Shown here in pieces: positions 11,360 through 21,788 of a stretch of 64,000 nucleotides of DNA. The translations under genes and the position numbers were made by a program. This stretch comes from an uncultured bacterium (GTDB taxonomy: Bacteria > Bacillota_I > Bacilli_A > RFN20 > CAG-826). The first letter of the stretch is position 1. Each line of letters starts with the position of its first letter. A model generated the notes under the pieces. That model did not search any database. It was not told where the DNA came from and worked only from the letters and a program-made list of their open reading frames with translations. The stretch lies in the NCBI GenBank assembly GCA_949297805.1, contig CASFTG010000002.1:15871-79870 (forward strand), written 5' to 3'.

Positions 11360-11761
11360 CTACTCCTTGAACAGGTCGATGGCTTCCCCTTCGGCGATGG
11401 TGACCACGGCTTTCTTATAGCCGGAGATGGTCCCCTTGTACCGGGAGCCGCGGGTCGTTTCCTTGGCGCGCTGGTTGATGACCTTGACGTCGGTGACCTT
11501 GACCTGGAAGATGCGTTGGAAGGCATCTTTGATTTCGATCTTGTTGGCCTTGTCGGCGACTTTGATCGTGACCTTGTTGGCGTTTTGCATAAGCGCCATG
11601 GTCTTTTCGGTGATGTGGGGGGCGACGATGACTTCGAAGTCATGATGGGTCGCTTTGGCGAAGGTGTGGGCTGCCGCCTTGACCTCCTCTTTCTTGGTGG
11701 CCTTCTTCTTGGCCGGCTTGGCGGTTTCTTCGACCGCTTCGACTTTCTTTTCCTCAGCCAT
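11360..11761 (-). CDS. rplW: 50S ribosomal protein L23 with Lys-rich N-terminal extension
   Basis: 133 aa. L23 core from ...HDFEVIVAPHITEKTM. Confidence 0.85.
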   Translation of the reverse strand: MAEEKKVEAVEETAKPAKKKATKKEEVKAAAHTFAKATHHDFEVIVAPHITEKTMALMQNANKVTIKVADKANKIEIKDAFQRIFQVKVTDVKVINQRAKETTRGSRYKGTISGYKKAVVTIAEGEAIDLFKE

Positions 11762-11762
11762 A

Positions 11763-12398
11763 TTACTTCAGGGCCTCCTCGATTTTCTTGATGTCATCTT
11801 TGCTGATGACGAGGTTGGTGTTGTTGAGGACATCGTAGACCGAGACGTTAGTGATCTCGGCGAGCTCAACGTTCGCTAGGTTCCGGGCCGAGAGGACGAG
11901 GTTGTCGTTCTCTTCCCCGAAGACGACCAGGGTCTTGCCCTCGGCCTTGATGGCTTCCAAGCAGGAAGCGAAGGCTTTGGTCGAGGCGGTGTCGAGTTTA
12001 AGCGAATCGACGACGATCAGGCCGTGGGCCGCTTTCTCGGAGAGGACGCCTTTGAGGGCGAGGTTATGGGCTTTCTTGTTCTGGGAGAGCTTGTAGTTTT
12101 GATTCCCATCCGGCCCGAAGACGGTGCCGCCGCCGACCCAGATCGGGGACTTGCAGTCGCCCGCGCGGGCCCGGCCGGTGCCCTTTTGCCTCCACGGTTT
12201 CTTGTTGGTACCGTGGACTTCGTGGCGTTTCTTGGTCTTCGCCGTGGCTTGGCGGAGATTGGCTTGGTAAACGGTGACGGCGTCTTTAATGACCTGCTGG
12301 TTGGCTTCAACCCCGAACACCGAGGCGGAGACTTCGATCTCGCCGGCGGCTTCGCCTTTGAGATTGACCACCTTCAAGCTGATTTTCTTTTCAGCCAT
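11763..12398 (-). CDS. rplD: 50S ribosomal protein L4
   Basis: 211 aa. L4 family. Position between rplC and rplW. Confidence 0.9.
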   Translation of the reverse strand: MAEKKISLKVVNLKGEAAGEIEVSASVFGVEANQQVIKDAVTVYQANLRQATAKTKKRHEVHGTNKKPWRQKGTGRARAGDCKSPIWVGGGTVFGPDGNQNYKLSQNKKAHNLALKGVLSEKAAHGLIVVDSLKLDTASTKAFASCLEAIKAEGKTLVVFGEENDNLVLSARNLANVELAEITNVSVYDVLNNTNLVISKDDIKKIEEALK

Positions 12399-12403
12399 GG
12401 TTG

Positions 12404-13123
12404 TTATTCTCCTTTCTTCTCTTCCGTGGCGGCCTTGGCGGCGGCTTCCTTAGCCGCGACGTCGAGGATTTCCTTGACCGACGGAGTCTTGAATTGCTTG
12501 CGGACCGGCGAGCGGAGCATGACGATCGCCTTCTTCGGCCCCGGGAGGCCGCCTTTGACGAGGATGTAGCCCTTCTCAGGGTTGCTCTCGACGATGGTGA
12601 CGTTTTGGATGGTCACCTGCTCCGGGCCCCAGTGGCCGGACATCTTCTTGCCCGGGATGACCCGGTTGTTGTCGCGGCCGTTGTTGGCAAGGGAGCCAAT
12701 CTGACGGTGGTAGCCGGACCCATGGCCTTTCGGGCCGATGTGGTGATGGTACTTCTTGATGGTGCCGGAGTAGCCATGGCCTTTGTTATGGCCGATGACA
12801 TCGATGACCTCGCCGGTCTTGAACAGATCGGCGGTCAGGGTCTCGCCGATGTTCTTGGCGTAGACCTCGTCGCCCTTAAGCTCGTACATGGCTTCCTTGG
12901 TGGCGACGCCGGCTTTCTTGTAGATGCCCTTCACGGCTTTGTTGAGGTGGCGCTCGGCCTTATCCTCATAGCCGACGACGATGGCCTCATAGCCATCTTT
13001 CTCTTTCGTCTTCTTGGCGATGACGACGTTGGGAAGGACTTCGACGACGGTGACCGGGTACATGGTCCCGTCGGCGGCGAAGACCTCGGTCATGCCCATT
13101 TTCCTTCCGATGATGGATTTCAT
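12404..13123 (-). CDS. rplC: 50S ribosomal protein L3 with Ala/Lys-rich C-terminal tail
   Basis: 239 aa, MKSIIGRKMGMTEVF... Confidence 0.9.
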   Translation of the reverse strand: MKSIIGRKMGMTEVFAADGTMYPVTVVEVLPNVVIAKKTKEKDGYEAIVVGYEDKAERHLNKAVKGIYKKAGVATKEAMYELKGDEVYAKNIGETLTADLFKTGEVIDVIGHNKGHGYSGTIKKYHHHIGPKGHGSGYHRQIGSLANNGRDNNRVIPGKKMSGHWGPEQVTIQNVTIVESNPEKGYILVKGGLPGPKKAIVMLRSPVRKQFKTPSVKEILDVAAKEAAAKAATEEKKGE

Positions 13124-13137
13124 TGATCAGGTCCTCC

Positions 13138-13449
13138 TTATAACTTAATGTCGATCTCGACGCCGCTGGGAAGATCGAGGTTGCGAAGCGCATCGATGGT
13201 CCCTTTCTGCGGGTGGGTGATATAAATCAATCTCTTGTGGGTCCGAATCTCGAACTGTTCACGCGAATCCTTGTATTTGAAGGTAGCGCGTAAGATCGTG
13301 TAGACCTGTTTCTCGGTCGGCAAGGGGATTGGGCCCTTGACGCCGGCTCCGGTTTTCTCGGCGACGTTGAGGATCTTCTCGACGCAGAGGTCAAGGATCT
13401 TGTGGTCGTAGGCGAGCAAGCGAACGCGGATCGCTTTTTCTTTTGCCAT
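13138..13449 (-). CDS. rpsJ: 30S ribosomal protein S10
   Basis: 103 aa, [20 protein letters not shown]. First gene of the S10 operon. Confidence 0.95.
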   Translation of the reverse strand: MAKEKAIRVRLLAYDHKILDLCVEKILNVAEKTGAGVKGPIPLPTEKQVYTILRATFKYKDSREQFEIRTHKRLIYITHPQKGTIDALRNLDLPSGVEIDIKL

Positions 13450-13640
13450 TTCTGTTCCTCCAATGGTATTTCAGGCTTCTAACGTTTGTTCGGGGCGAAT
13501 TCCCTGACCACCTTTCATGACAACGCCTGTAGGTGTGTCAGCAACCTCGCTCTTCATCGCAAGCGCTAGCGTGTACAAGGGTACGCGTATGGGGGCGAGA
13601 GGTCAACAAAAAGTTTGAGATTTTATCGGCATTAATCTTG
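13450..13640 (-). promoter_or_regulatory. Long untranslated leader of the S10 operon (possible autoregulatory leader and promoter region)
   Basis: ~190 nt noncoding stretch upstream of the rpsJ start, with GC-rich potential stems. By analogy with S10 operon leaders in other bacteria. No sequence-specific proof. Confidence 0.35.
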
Positions 13641-14028
13641 TATTTTCCCCGTCAATCGCCAAAGGCCCGAAAATAGTTCCGATGGCATCAAAGGAATTTT
13701 AGTTATGTGTGCACAATGCACAAATATTAATTTTCTTATCGTGATTTTTGCCGCTTCCCAAACCGCTAAAAAACACCCGCCCTCCGCAGGAATCGTCAAA
13801 GTTGAAAAGCGAACTACGCTCAATGACACCCGGGGATTTTTTTAATAAAACAGTCTATTTAATACTGATTAACTCTAGTAAAGCGAGTACAGTATTGCAC
13901 TTTTTCCAACATATAGAGGTGCAAAAATGCACTTTTAAATAATTAAAAAAGTGCAAATTTAATTTCAATCGAGGGTTTGATTAAGATTAAGCGCCACTAA
14001 TGTTAATGACAAAATCCATCAAGAAGTT

Positions 14029-14376
14029 TTACTTTAAGGACGAAGCGAAAGCTTTAATATCAAGCAGCAAGTCAGGCAAGTCCTCAAAAACTGTATTGTA
14101 AATAATTTCTAATTTAACATTCCCGTAGTCATGAACAATTCTGTTCCTTAGTCCCGTTAGATCCGCATAAGGAATTCAAGTTTTTAAATCAGGAAAGCAA
14201 GAAAGCAACTTGATTGCGGATTCGGAAATTTGGACAAACTTAAAACTCACGGCACAGTTGACTAGCTCATCCTTTGTAAACTCTTCCAAGCTCATTGAGC
14301 CAACATTGTTCAAAACAAATTCAATATCGTCAATAATCTGGTAAAGATAATAAACGGCTGATTTATTACTACCCAT
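14029..14376 (-). pseudogene. hepT: HepT (DUF86) toxin with an in-frame TGA stop at 14176-14178 replacing the conserved Trp codon
   Basis: N-part ORF 14176..14376 (...EEFTKDELVNCAVSFKFVQISE...DLKT). Same-frame continuation after TGA: IPYADLTGLRNRIVHDYGNVKLEIIYNTVFEDLPDLLLDIKAFASSLK. This carries the Rx4HxY HepT catalytic motif (RNRIVHDY). Confidence 0.75.
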
Positions 14377-14845
14377 AGATTTTTATGCCCTCTTTTAAAA
14401 CGTTGCGCAGCAAATTCTCATTATCCAACAATTGATTGATTTTCAAAAGATCAACCACTTTTCCTAATGATTGTCGTAGTTCCTCGATTAAACCATAAAA
14501 CTTCAGACCGGTTATTGGCGTATCAATAATCAAATCCACGTCGCTCAAAGGATTGGCTCTATTTTTTGCATATGAGCCAAATAAATAACAAAAATTGACG
14601 TCACGTTTCGATAAGACCGAGGAGACTATTTCGATAATATCCTCTAAAGAAAGTATGCCGTGCGTCTCATCTACCGATCGATAACTTCGCAATTGCTCAC
14701 AATATTTAGCGTATTTTGAGGTTTTGATTCTTTTAGAATCATTCTCGTAATTTTTGTAACTACGTAAAGAAATGTCGAGAAAACCAGCGGCTTGTGATTG
14801 TGTCAAACGCTTGTTCTTTCTTAGGTCCTTTAAACTATCAACCAT
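14369..14845 (-). CDS. mnt: MNT-type nucleotidyltransferase antitoxin with N-terminal XRE-family HTH
   Basis: HTH LRKNKRLTQSQAAGFLDISLRSYKNYEN plus nucleotidyltransferase motif GSYAKNRANPLSDVDLIID. ATG at 14845. 8-nt overlap with hepT start. Confidence 0.75.
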   Translation of the reverse strand: MVDSLKDLRKNKRLTQSQAAGFLDISLRSYKNYENDSKRIKTSKYAKYCEQLRSYRSVDETHGILSLEDIIEIVSSVLSKRDVNFCYLFGSYAKNRANPLSDVDLIIDTPITGLKFYGLIEELRQSLGKVVDLLKINQLLDNENLLRNVLKEGIKIYG

Positions 14846-14958
14846 GGCAGTATTATGACATATTTGCACTTTTTATCCAAACAAAAAGTGCATTTTTGCA
14901 CTTTTTCTAATGTTCTTAGGTGCAATTTTGCACCTTGGCCTTTATCAAAAAGTGCAAA

Positions 14959-15609
14959 TCAAGGTTTTTCTTTACGTTTTAGATATTCGTTATAAGAGGC
15001 CCGGCAACCGCAGTATTGCTGGTTATATAAGCCATAATGATCGCGGATTTTGACGCCCTTTAAAGCCCCGTCTTTCTTTTTGAAATCGGTGTAAAGATAA
15101 GGGACGGATGGATGCTTGAGTTCCAGCTTCCGCCCCACTTCGTTTAAGACCACGCTCGATTTCTGACGGGAAACGGTCATGACGGTCGTGAAGTAATCGA
15201 AATGATGGTCCTCGGCGTATTGGTAAGCCTCGTCCATCCGATACTCATAGCAACGGTGGCACCGCTCGCTCCCCTCGGGTAAATGCTCATAGGGCTTAAT
15301 GAACTCAAAATAAGCCTCGGGGTCATAAGGCGGGACGAATAGTTCGATCTCGAAGCCATAGTCCCGTTTAAGATATGCCAATAGCTTCTTCAGCTCCCCC
15401 AGTCTTCTTTCGTATTCCTCGGACGGATAAATGTTGGGATTGCAATAATAGATGGTGACGTCGAAATGGGGGCAAAGGCAAGTTAAGGGAAAACAGGCGC
15501 AGGGGCCGCAGCAAACATGGAAAAGCAGTTTCTTACTTTCCCCATGTAACGAGGCGATGACCGCTTCCCCGAAATCGTAATAACGGGTCTTCTTATTCCT
15601 TTCAATCAT
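14959..15609 (-). CDS. queH: Epoxyqueuosine reductase QueH (DUF208)
   Basis: 216 aa with CCGPCA...C Cys cluster typical of QueH. Follows queA. Confidence 0.8.
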   Translation of the reverse strand: MIERNKKTRYYDFGEAVIASLHGESKKLLFHVCCGPCACFPLTCLCPHFDVTIYYCNPNIYPSEEYERRLGELKKLLAYLKRDYGFEIELFVPPYDPEAYFEFIKPYEHLPEGSERCHRCYEYRMDEAYQYAEDHHFDYFTTVMTVSRQKSSVVLNEVGRKLELKHPSVPYLYTDFKKKDGALKGVKIRDHYGLYNQQYCGCRASYNEYLKRKEKP

Positions 15610-16667
15610 AAATCCATGGCTTTCGAATAATCGAACTTCCCGTAGATGAACATCGAGTCGCCAAAGGAGAAGAAACGGTATTTCTCCTTAATGGCCTCTT
15701 CGTAGCAATGGAGTGTCCACTGCCGCCCCATGAAGGCCGAAACCAGCATGACCAAAGTCGACTTCGGGAGATGGAAATTGGTGATGAGGGCATCGACCGC
15801 CTTATATTCATAACCGGGCGAAATAAAAATCGAAGTGTTCTCTTTGGCGGCCTTGAACTCGCCATATTTGCCATATATCGATTCTAAGGTCCGAACCGAG
15901 GTCGTCCCGACGGCGATGATCCGCCGGCCTTCGGCTTTGGCCTTATTCAAGATGGCCGCCGCCTTCTCGTCAATCTCACATAACTCAGTATGCATGTGGT
16001 GGTCTTTGGTGTCCTTGACCTTAACCGGCCGGAAGGTGCCTAAACCAATATTAAGAGTGATGTCCACCACCTCAATCCCTTTGGCTTTAATCTTTTCAAA
16101 CAACTCTGGGGTGAAATGGAAACCCGCGGTCGGGGCAGCGGCACTGCCGGGAACTTTGGCATAGACGGTTTGGTAATCGTTATTGTCCTCAACCTGCTTT
16201 TTGATATAAGGGGGTAAGGGCATCTTGCCAAGCCGTTCCAACACCTCTAAGAAAATGCCCTGGTAATGAAACTGCATGTGGCGTATTCCTTCGGGCAGCA
16301 CCTTAACGCAGGTGCAGGTCAACGAGCCATCGCCAAAGGTGATGTTGCTCCCAACCTTAACCGAATGCGCCCCACCGACTAAGCATTCCCAGGTATCTTT
16401 TTCCTCAAGTTGTTTTAATAAAAGGACCTCGCAATGGCCGCCGGTCTCAACCTTGGTTCCGATTAAACGGGCCGGGATGACCTTGGTGTTGTTTCGAACC
16501 AAGACATCGCCCGGGACCAGGTAATCAATGATGTCCTTGAACTTCTTATGCTCAATGGTCTGATCCTCGCGGTCAATGACCATAAGGCGGGATTCATCCC
16601 GCTGCTTCAAAGGCGACTGGGCGATCAATTCCTCGGGCAAAGCAAAGTCAAACAGTTCGATATCCAT
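15606..16667 (-). CDS. queA: S-adenosylmethionine:tRNA ribosyltransferase-isomerase
   Basis: 353 aa, [20 protein letters not shown]... QueA family. Confidence 0.9.
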   Translation of the reverse strand: MDIELFDFALPEELIAQSPLKQRDESRLMVIDREDQTIEHKKFKDIIDYLVPGDVLVRNNTKVIPARLIGTKVETGGHCEVLLLKQLEEKDTWECLVGGAHSVKVGSNITFGDGSLTCTCVKVLPEGIRHMQFHYQGIFLEVLERLGKMPLPPYIKKQVEDNNDYQTVYAKVPGSAAAPTAGFHFTPELFEKIKAKGIEVVDITLNIGLGTFRPVKVKDTKDHHMHTELCEIDEKAAAILNKAKAEGRRIIAVGTTSVRTLESIYGKYGEFKAAKENTSIFISPGYEYKAVDALITNFHLPKSTLVMLVSAFMGRQWTLHCYEEAIKEKYRFFSFGDSMFIYGKFDYSKAMDL

Positions 16668-16670
16668 GGT

Positions 16671-17810
<1,140 letters not shown>

Positions 17811-17824
17811 TTACAAATACCCCC

Positions 17825-18337
17825 TCAATACTTAAAGGGGTAATGCCGGGAGGGCTGAAGGACCTTGAAGAACCCTTTGTTCCTCTTAACCAGCAAGAAG
17901 AAAACATAGCCGATGGCAATGGCGATAGTCTCGCCGGCGCAGACGAGGCCGGCTTGATACCAATAAGTGTCCCAGGGAAGTTCTAGAAGCCAGCATAACT
18001 CCGCCCCGACCACGAAGGCGTTAATGGCGATCGGATATAAGCAAGCGATAAGCATCCTAGGAGATGCAAAGGAAATAAGGACGCAGGATAAGAAAGTGGC
18101 GGCGGTCCCAATCAGAATATCCGGCCAGCCTAAAGTCGAGCCAAGGTTCGCCAAGAAGCAGCCGATGGTGACGCCGCTGATGAAGTCGGGCCGAAAGAAG
18201 CAAAGCAAGCAGAGCAATTCGGCGAAGCGAATCTGCATCGGCCCATAGGATATACCGCTTAGAAGCAAGCATAATAAAAAATAAATCGCCCCGGCGATTC
18301 CGTTTTGGGCGATTTTAAGCAGTAGTTTGTCTGACAC
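17825..18337 (-). CDS. queT: Queuosine-precursor transporter QueT (ECF S-component-like)
   Basis: ~170-aa polytopic membrane protein immediately upstream of tgt-queA-queH. Likely GTG start at 18337 with GGAGG RBS. The track ORF is extended by a TTG start. Confidence 0.6.
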   Translation of the reverse strand: MSDKLLLKIAQNGIAGAIYFLLCLLLSGISYGPMQIRFAELLCLLCFFRPDFISGVTIGCFLANLGSTLGWPDILIGTAATFLSCVLISFASPRMLIACLYPIAINAFVVGAELCWLLELPWDTYWYQAGLVCAGETIAIAIGYVFFLLVKRNKGFFKVLQPSRHYPFKY

Positions 18338-18343
18338 GATAGG

Positions 18344-18392
18344 TGCCTCCTGATTTTTTAACGCTGGGTACCGAGGACTAACAGCAGTGCGG
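18344..18392 (-). ncRNA. Candidate preQ1-I-like riboswitch in queT 5' leader
   Basis: On the minus strand: short stem GCUG/CAGC with a 15-nt loop, then tail GUUAAAAAAUCAGGAGG. Loop CCUC can pair with the GAGG of the SD (pseudoknot). A-rich tail is adjacent to the SD, as in preQ1-I. Confidence 0.3.
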
Positions 18393-18476
18393 ATTATAAA
18401 CTTCGAGCCTAAGCAAAGCAAAAATAAACGCAGTTAGACTCGAAAAACCCGCAAGTACGAGATTAAATATGGAAAA

Positions 18477-19844
18477 TCACTCAGGATCAAAAGGCGTAAA
18501 CAAAGCAAACATGGCGTAGAAAGGGAAGTTTTGACGACCAAGCTTTTCGCTATATGGATCGGAGGTGATGACGATTCCCTTGCGGACAGTGTCTTTATGC
18601 CGGCTTTCGAGAATATCCAAGGACTTCAAGGCCCGGTATCCCGAGGATTTGCATTCGACAGGCTGGACCTTGCCATGCCTTTCGAAAGCGAAATCCACCT
18701 CATAGGAGGCAACCGTCGAATCCTTATTCTCGACCCAGGAAAAGTAATGAGGATCAAGCCCCGCTAAGACCAATTGCTGGGCGACGGCGTTTTCGTAAAT
18801 ATAGCCGAAATTCCCACGCAAAGTTCCTTCGATGAACTTATCATAATGCTCATCAATGTTCTCTGGGGAATAGCAAAGGCAATGCGCTAATCCCAAATCG
18901 TTGTAAAAGCCTTTGAAGTAGGTGTCATCTTCGGTTAAGGACAAGCCAATATCAGGATTTTTGGACTTTTTAATGATATAGCCGATTTGGCTTTCGGCCA
19001 GCTTATCGACCGTCTCTAAGGAAACGACCGAATTCGGCCTTGCATCCATATCGGAAAACTGGAATCGAAAACTATTCCGATCAAGGCATTTCGGGAAGTT
19101 TTTGTACATCGCCCGGCAATGGGTGCCGTATCTTCGGTCGATGGTTTCCAAATCTTTGTTGAACAAAGACAGAATGACCTTTTGGTTTTCGATGACTTCC
19201 CAATAAGAACGGCTTTCGACATAAGACTCCACTGCCTCAGGCATGCCGCCGATTAACATATAGGTCCGGAACTGCCGCATATAATCGTCATGATTCAAGG
19301 AAAACAAGGAGTAGTTTTTGCTTCGAATCACTTCTTTGATCGAGTCCGCGATGTTACCCATCCCAATGTTAATCAGGAATTCTTCGAAATCCAAAGGAGC
19401 GAAAATGACTTGCCGTTCCTTAGAAGGAAGCAATATATCCAGAGAATTAAGCTCGATTGAAACCGCCGAACCGGTTTCAATGAAACGGTACCGGCCGTCT
19501 TCCGTTAGTTGTTTGATGGCCTGCCGAGCGCGGGAACAAAATTGAATCTCATCGAAAATAAGCAAGCTGCCGGGCGGAAGCACCGGCTTCTTCAAAGCAA
19601 AAAACAACCGATTGTAAAAATTATCAACATCGCCTAGATCATCAAAGCAACGCTTGACTCTGGCGTCTTCGGCTGAAAAGTCGATTAGGTAGTAATTTTC
19701 AAAATAATGCTCGCCAATATATTTAGCCGCGGTTGTCTTTCCGGTACGGCGAGGGCCATTAAAGAACAGCGCATTGCGGCTGTCGGACTTCGCCCAACGT
19801 TCTAAGTAGCTATAAACTTTTCTAAATAATGGTTTTTCCGACAT
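18477..19844 (-). CDS. AAA+ ATPase with C-terminal DUF4143 (COG1373-type)
   Basis: 455 aa. Walker A GPRRTGKTT, Walker B LLIFDEIQ. C-terminal restriction-endonuclease-like region. Confidence 0.75.
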   Translation of the reverse strand: MSEKPLFRKVYSYLERWAKSDSRNALFFNGPRRTGKTTAAKYIGEHYFENYYLIDFSAEDARVKRCFDDLGDVDNFYNRLFFALKKPVLPPGSLLIFDEIQFCSRARQAIKQLTEDGRYRFIETGSAVSIELNSLDILLPSKERQVIFAPLDFEEFLINIGMGNIADSIKEVIRSKNYSLFSLNHDDYMRQFRTYMLIGGMPEAVESYVESRSYWEVIENQKVILSLFNKDLETIDRRYGTHCRAMYKNFPKCLDRNSFRFQFSDMDARPNSVVSLETVDKLAESQIGYIIKKSKNPDIGLSLTEDDTYFKGFYNDLGLAHCLCYSPENIDEHYDKFIEGTLRGNFGYIYENAVAQQLVLAGLDPHYFSWVENKDSTVASYEVDFAFERHGKVQPVECKSSGYRALKSLDILESRHKDTVRKGIVITSDPYSEKLGRQNFPFYAMFALFTPFDPE

Positions 19845-19864
19845 GACTAAATTATAGATGGAGT

Positions 19865-20024
19865 TGCGATTTTTTAAACAAAAATAAGGTCGAAAATGCG
19901 ATTTTTTGATTTCGTGAATGGCCCAATTTGCGATTTTTTGATTTCACGAAGCGTCCAAAATGCGATTTTTTAAACTCACAAGGCCTCGAATCTGCGATTT
20001 TTTGGATTCACTAATCCGAGAAAT
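19865..20024. repeat. 5 tandem copies of a degenerate 32-bp repeat (conserved 5' part TGCGATTTTTT)
   Basis: Motif TGCGATTTTTT starts at 19865, 19897, 19929, 19961 and 19993, an exact 32-bp period. 3' halves diverge (GATTTCGTGAATGG / GATTTCACGAAGCG ...). Confidence 0.85.
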
Positions 20025-20080
20025 TTCGATTTGAGAAAGCAACGAGCAAAAGAAAAGCCGCCTCATTTGGCGACCATTTC

Positions 20081-21037
20081 TCAATAGAAGGACATCCAGG
20101 AATTGGGGACCGCCGTTCCCTCAACGCTGGCTTTGATAACCCCGGCGATCATGTTGGCGATCGAGAGGACCGTCACTCCCTTCATCTTGGGATGTTCAAT
20201 CGAATTGGTGACGACCAAGTCAACAATCGGGGACTGGCCTAATAACTCCGCCGAACCGGGCGAGAAGACGGCATGGGTGCCGGCCACCCGGACATCAAGG
20301 GCCCCTCGAGATAAAATCGCATGACTGCAGGCTAAGACGGTGCCAGCGGTGTCGATAATGTCATCGACGATCAGGCAATGCTTGCCCCGCACCTCACCGA
20401 CGATGTTCATCACCTCGGCCACGTTCGGGGCCGGACGCCTTTTATCGATGATGGCGATTTCTGAATTGGGCAATTCGGAAGCTAAGTCCCGGGCCCGATG
20501 GATCGAGCCGTGGTCAGGAGAGACGACCACCACATCCTCGGTCTTAATGCCTAGAGAAGCAAATTCTTTCCGGAAGTGATCGCCAAATAAGGGAATCGAG
20601 CTTAAGTCATCGACCGGGCAAGAGAAGAAGCCTTGGGTCTGGGGGGTATGCAGATCCATGGTGATGATCCGGGAGACGCCGACAGTATCAAGAAGGTCGG
20701 CGACTAATTTGGCGGTGATGGGCTCACCTGGCCGGGCCACCCGGTCCTGCCGGCAGAAACCATAATAAGGGATAACGAGATTAATCTCTTTCGCCTTGGC
20801 GTTGCGGATGCCATCAATAAAGACCAATAACTCCATCAGCCTTTCGGCCGCCGGGGTGGCGGTGCTTTGGATGATGTAGACGGTCTTGCCCCGGACCGAA
20901 TCAGGGGAACGGGCCATCACTTCCCCATCGGAGAAATGGGTGACCTCGCTTTTTCCCTGCTCGACCCCGAGGATATTGCATACCTCTTGGGTTAAGGACG
21001 GGTTGGCGGTTAAAGAAAAAATCTTAACGTTGTCCAT
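20081..21037 (-). CDS. prs: Ribose-phosphate pyrophosphokinase
   Basis: 318 aa. PRPP synthetase motifs (DLHTPQTQGFF, PRPP-binding loop DDIIDTAGT). Confidence 0.9.
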   Translation of the reverse strand: MDNVKIFSLTANPSLTQEVCNILGVEQGKSEVTHFSDGEVMARSPDSVRGKTVYIIQSTATPAAERLMELLVFIDGIRNAKAKEINLVIPYYGFCRQDRVARPGEPITAKLVADLLDTVGVSRIITMDLHTPQTQGFFSCPVDDLSSIPLFGDHFRKEFASLGIKTEDVVVVSPDHGSIHRARDLASELPNSEIAIIDKRRPAPNVAEVMNIVGEVRGKHCLIVDDIIDTAGTVLACSHAILSRGALDVRVAGTHAVFSPGSAELLGQSPIVDLVVTNSIEHPKMKGVTVLSIANMIAGVIKASVEGTAVPNSWMSFY

Positions 21038-21040
21038 GGC

Positions 21041-21643
21041 TTACCAATGCTTGACCGTGACTAGAACCGTCGCTTTATTGACTTCCGGCTCGCTAAGAGT
21101 CGGCAGGGAGGAAACGTCATACCCTTTCTTCGCTAAAAGGGCTCGACCTTCTTTGCCTAAGAACCAGGAACGGATGGCAGTCGGCTCCAGCCGATTTTTA
21201 TCGGTTAAGGCCGTCCACTTGGTCGGGAGGTAGAACATCTGCGACCCCCGGAGCATGAAGTTCTGGGGTTCCCAGTCGAGGGAGACCTTGGAGAAGCGGG
21301 CGAAACGATATAAAGAGAAGAGGGCTTCGAAATAGCGGTCGTCCAAAGGCCCTTGGGAGAGGGCTTTGAGGCAATCGTCCTCCGGGAAATAATCAAAGAC
21401 GATGACCTTGGCCTCATCATCGTGATAACACATCTTGGCCATGTTGATGCCGGCGTGCTTCAGCTCCTTATAATCGGCTAGGGCTTGCTCATAACCGGTT
21501 TTATAGGTCCGGACGCAATAGACACGCTCGGCCCAGGTGCAGATGTAGGTGGTGTGGTCCTCATGCACGGCTTTAACCGAGGTGACCACGAATTTCTTGG
21601 TTTTGACTTGGATGATTTCGTCCATACGCAGGAATTTTAGCAA
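21041..21643 (-). CDS. Hypothetical protein, possibly small kinase-like fold
   Basis: 200-aa ORF. Weak resemblance to APH/choline-kinase catalytic segment (VIVFDYF...LDWEPQNFML). No firm family assignment. Confidence 0.4.
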   Translation of the reverse strand: MLKFLRMDEIIQVKTKKFVVTSVKAVHEDHTTYICTWAERVYCVRTYKTGYEQALADYKELKHAGINMAKMCYHDDEAKVIVFDYFPEDDCLKALSQGPLDDRYFEALFSLYRFARFSKVSLDWEPQNFMLRGSQMFYLPTKWTALTDKNRLEPTAIRSWFLGKEGRALLAKKGYDVSSLPTLSEPEVNKATVLVTVKHW

Positions 21644-21788
21644 AAGTCAAAACCATAATAAACGCTGGTGCGAAATAAGAAAGCACTTTCTTTGCCTTTT
21701 TTCGCCGTCTAAAGCTCGACGGCAAGTCAATCTTATCAATAGATGAGACGCAAACTCACTAGACCCCGTCACTCTCCTTTTATATCAT

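Noticed and set aside
13450-13640. Possible tRNA or other RNA gene in the gap upstream of rpsJ.
   Set aside because: No cloverleaf-compatible arms or T-loop (GTTCRANYC) motif could be found by eye. The position is consistent with an S10 operon leader.
14176-14178. In-frame TGA in hepT as evidence for genetic code 4 (UGA=Trp) in the host.
   Set aside because: TGA terminates rpmJ (468-470) and adk (1620-1622) exactly at their conserved C-termini. All housekeeping ORFs are full length under the standard code. So the host reads TGA as stop. A code-4 donor origin for the island remains only a possibility.
19865-20024. Possible CRISPR array, given the regular 32-bp spacing.
   Set aside because: Only ~13 nt of each unit is conserved and the remainder is a diverged copy of the same unit rather than unique spacers. 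No cas genes nearby. The period is the whole unit, not repeat plus spacer.
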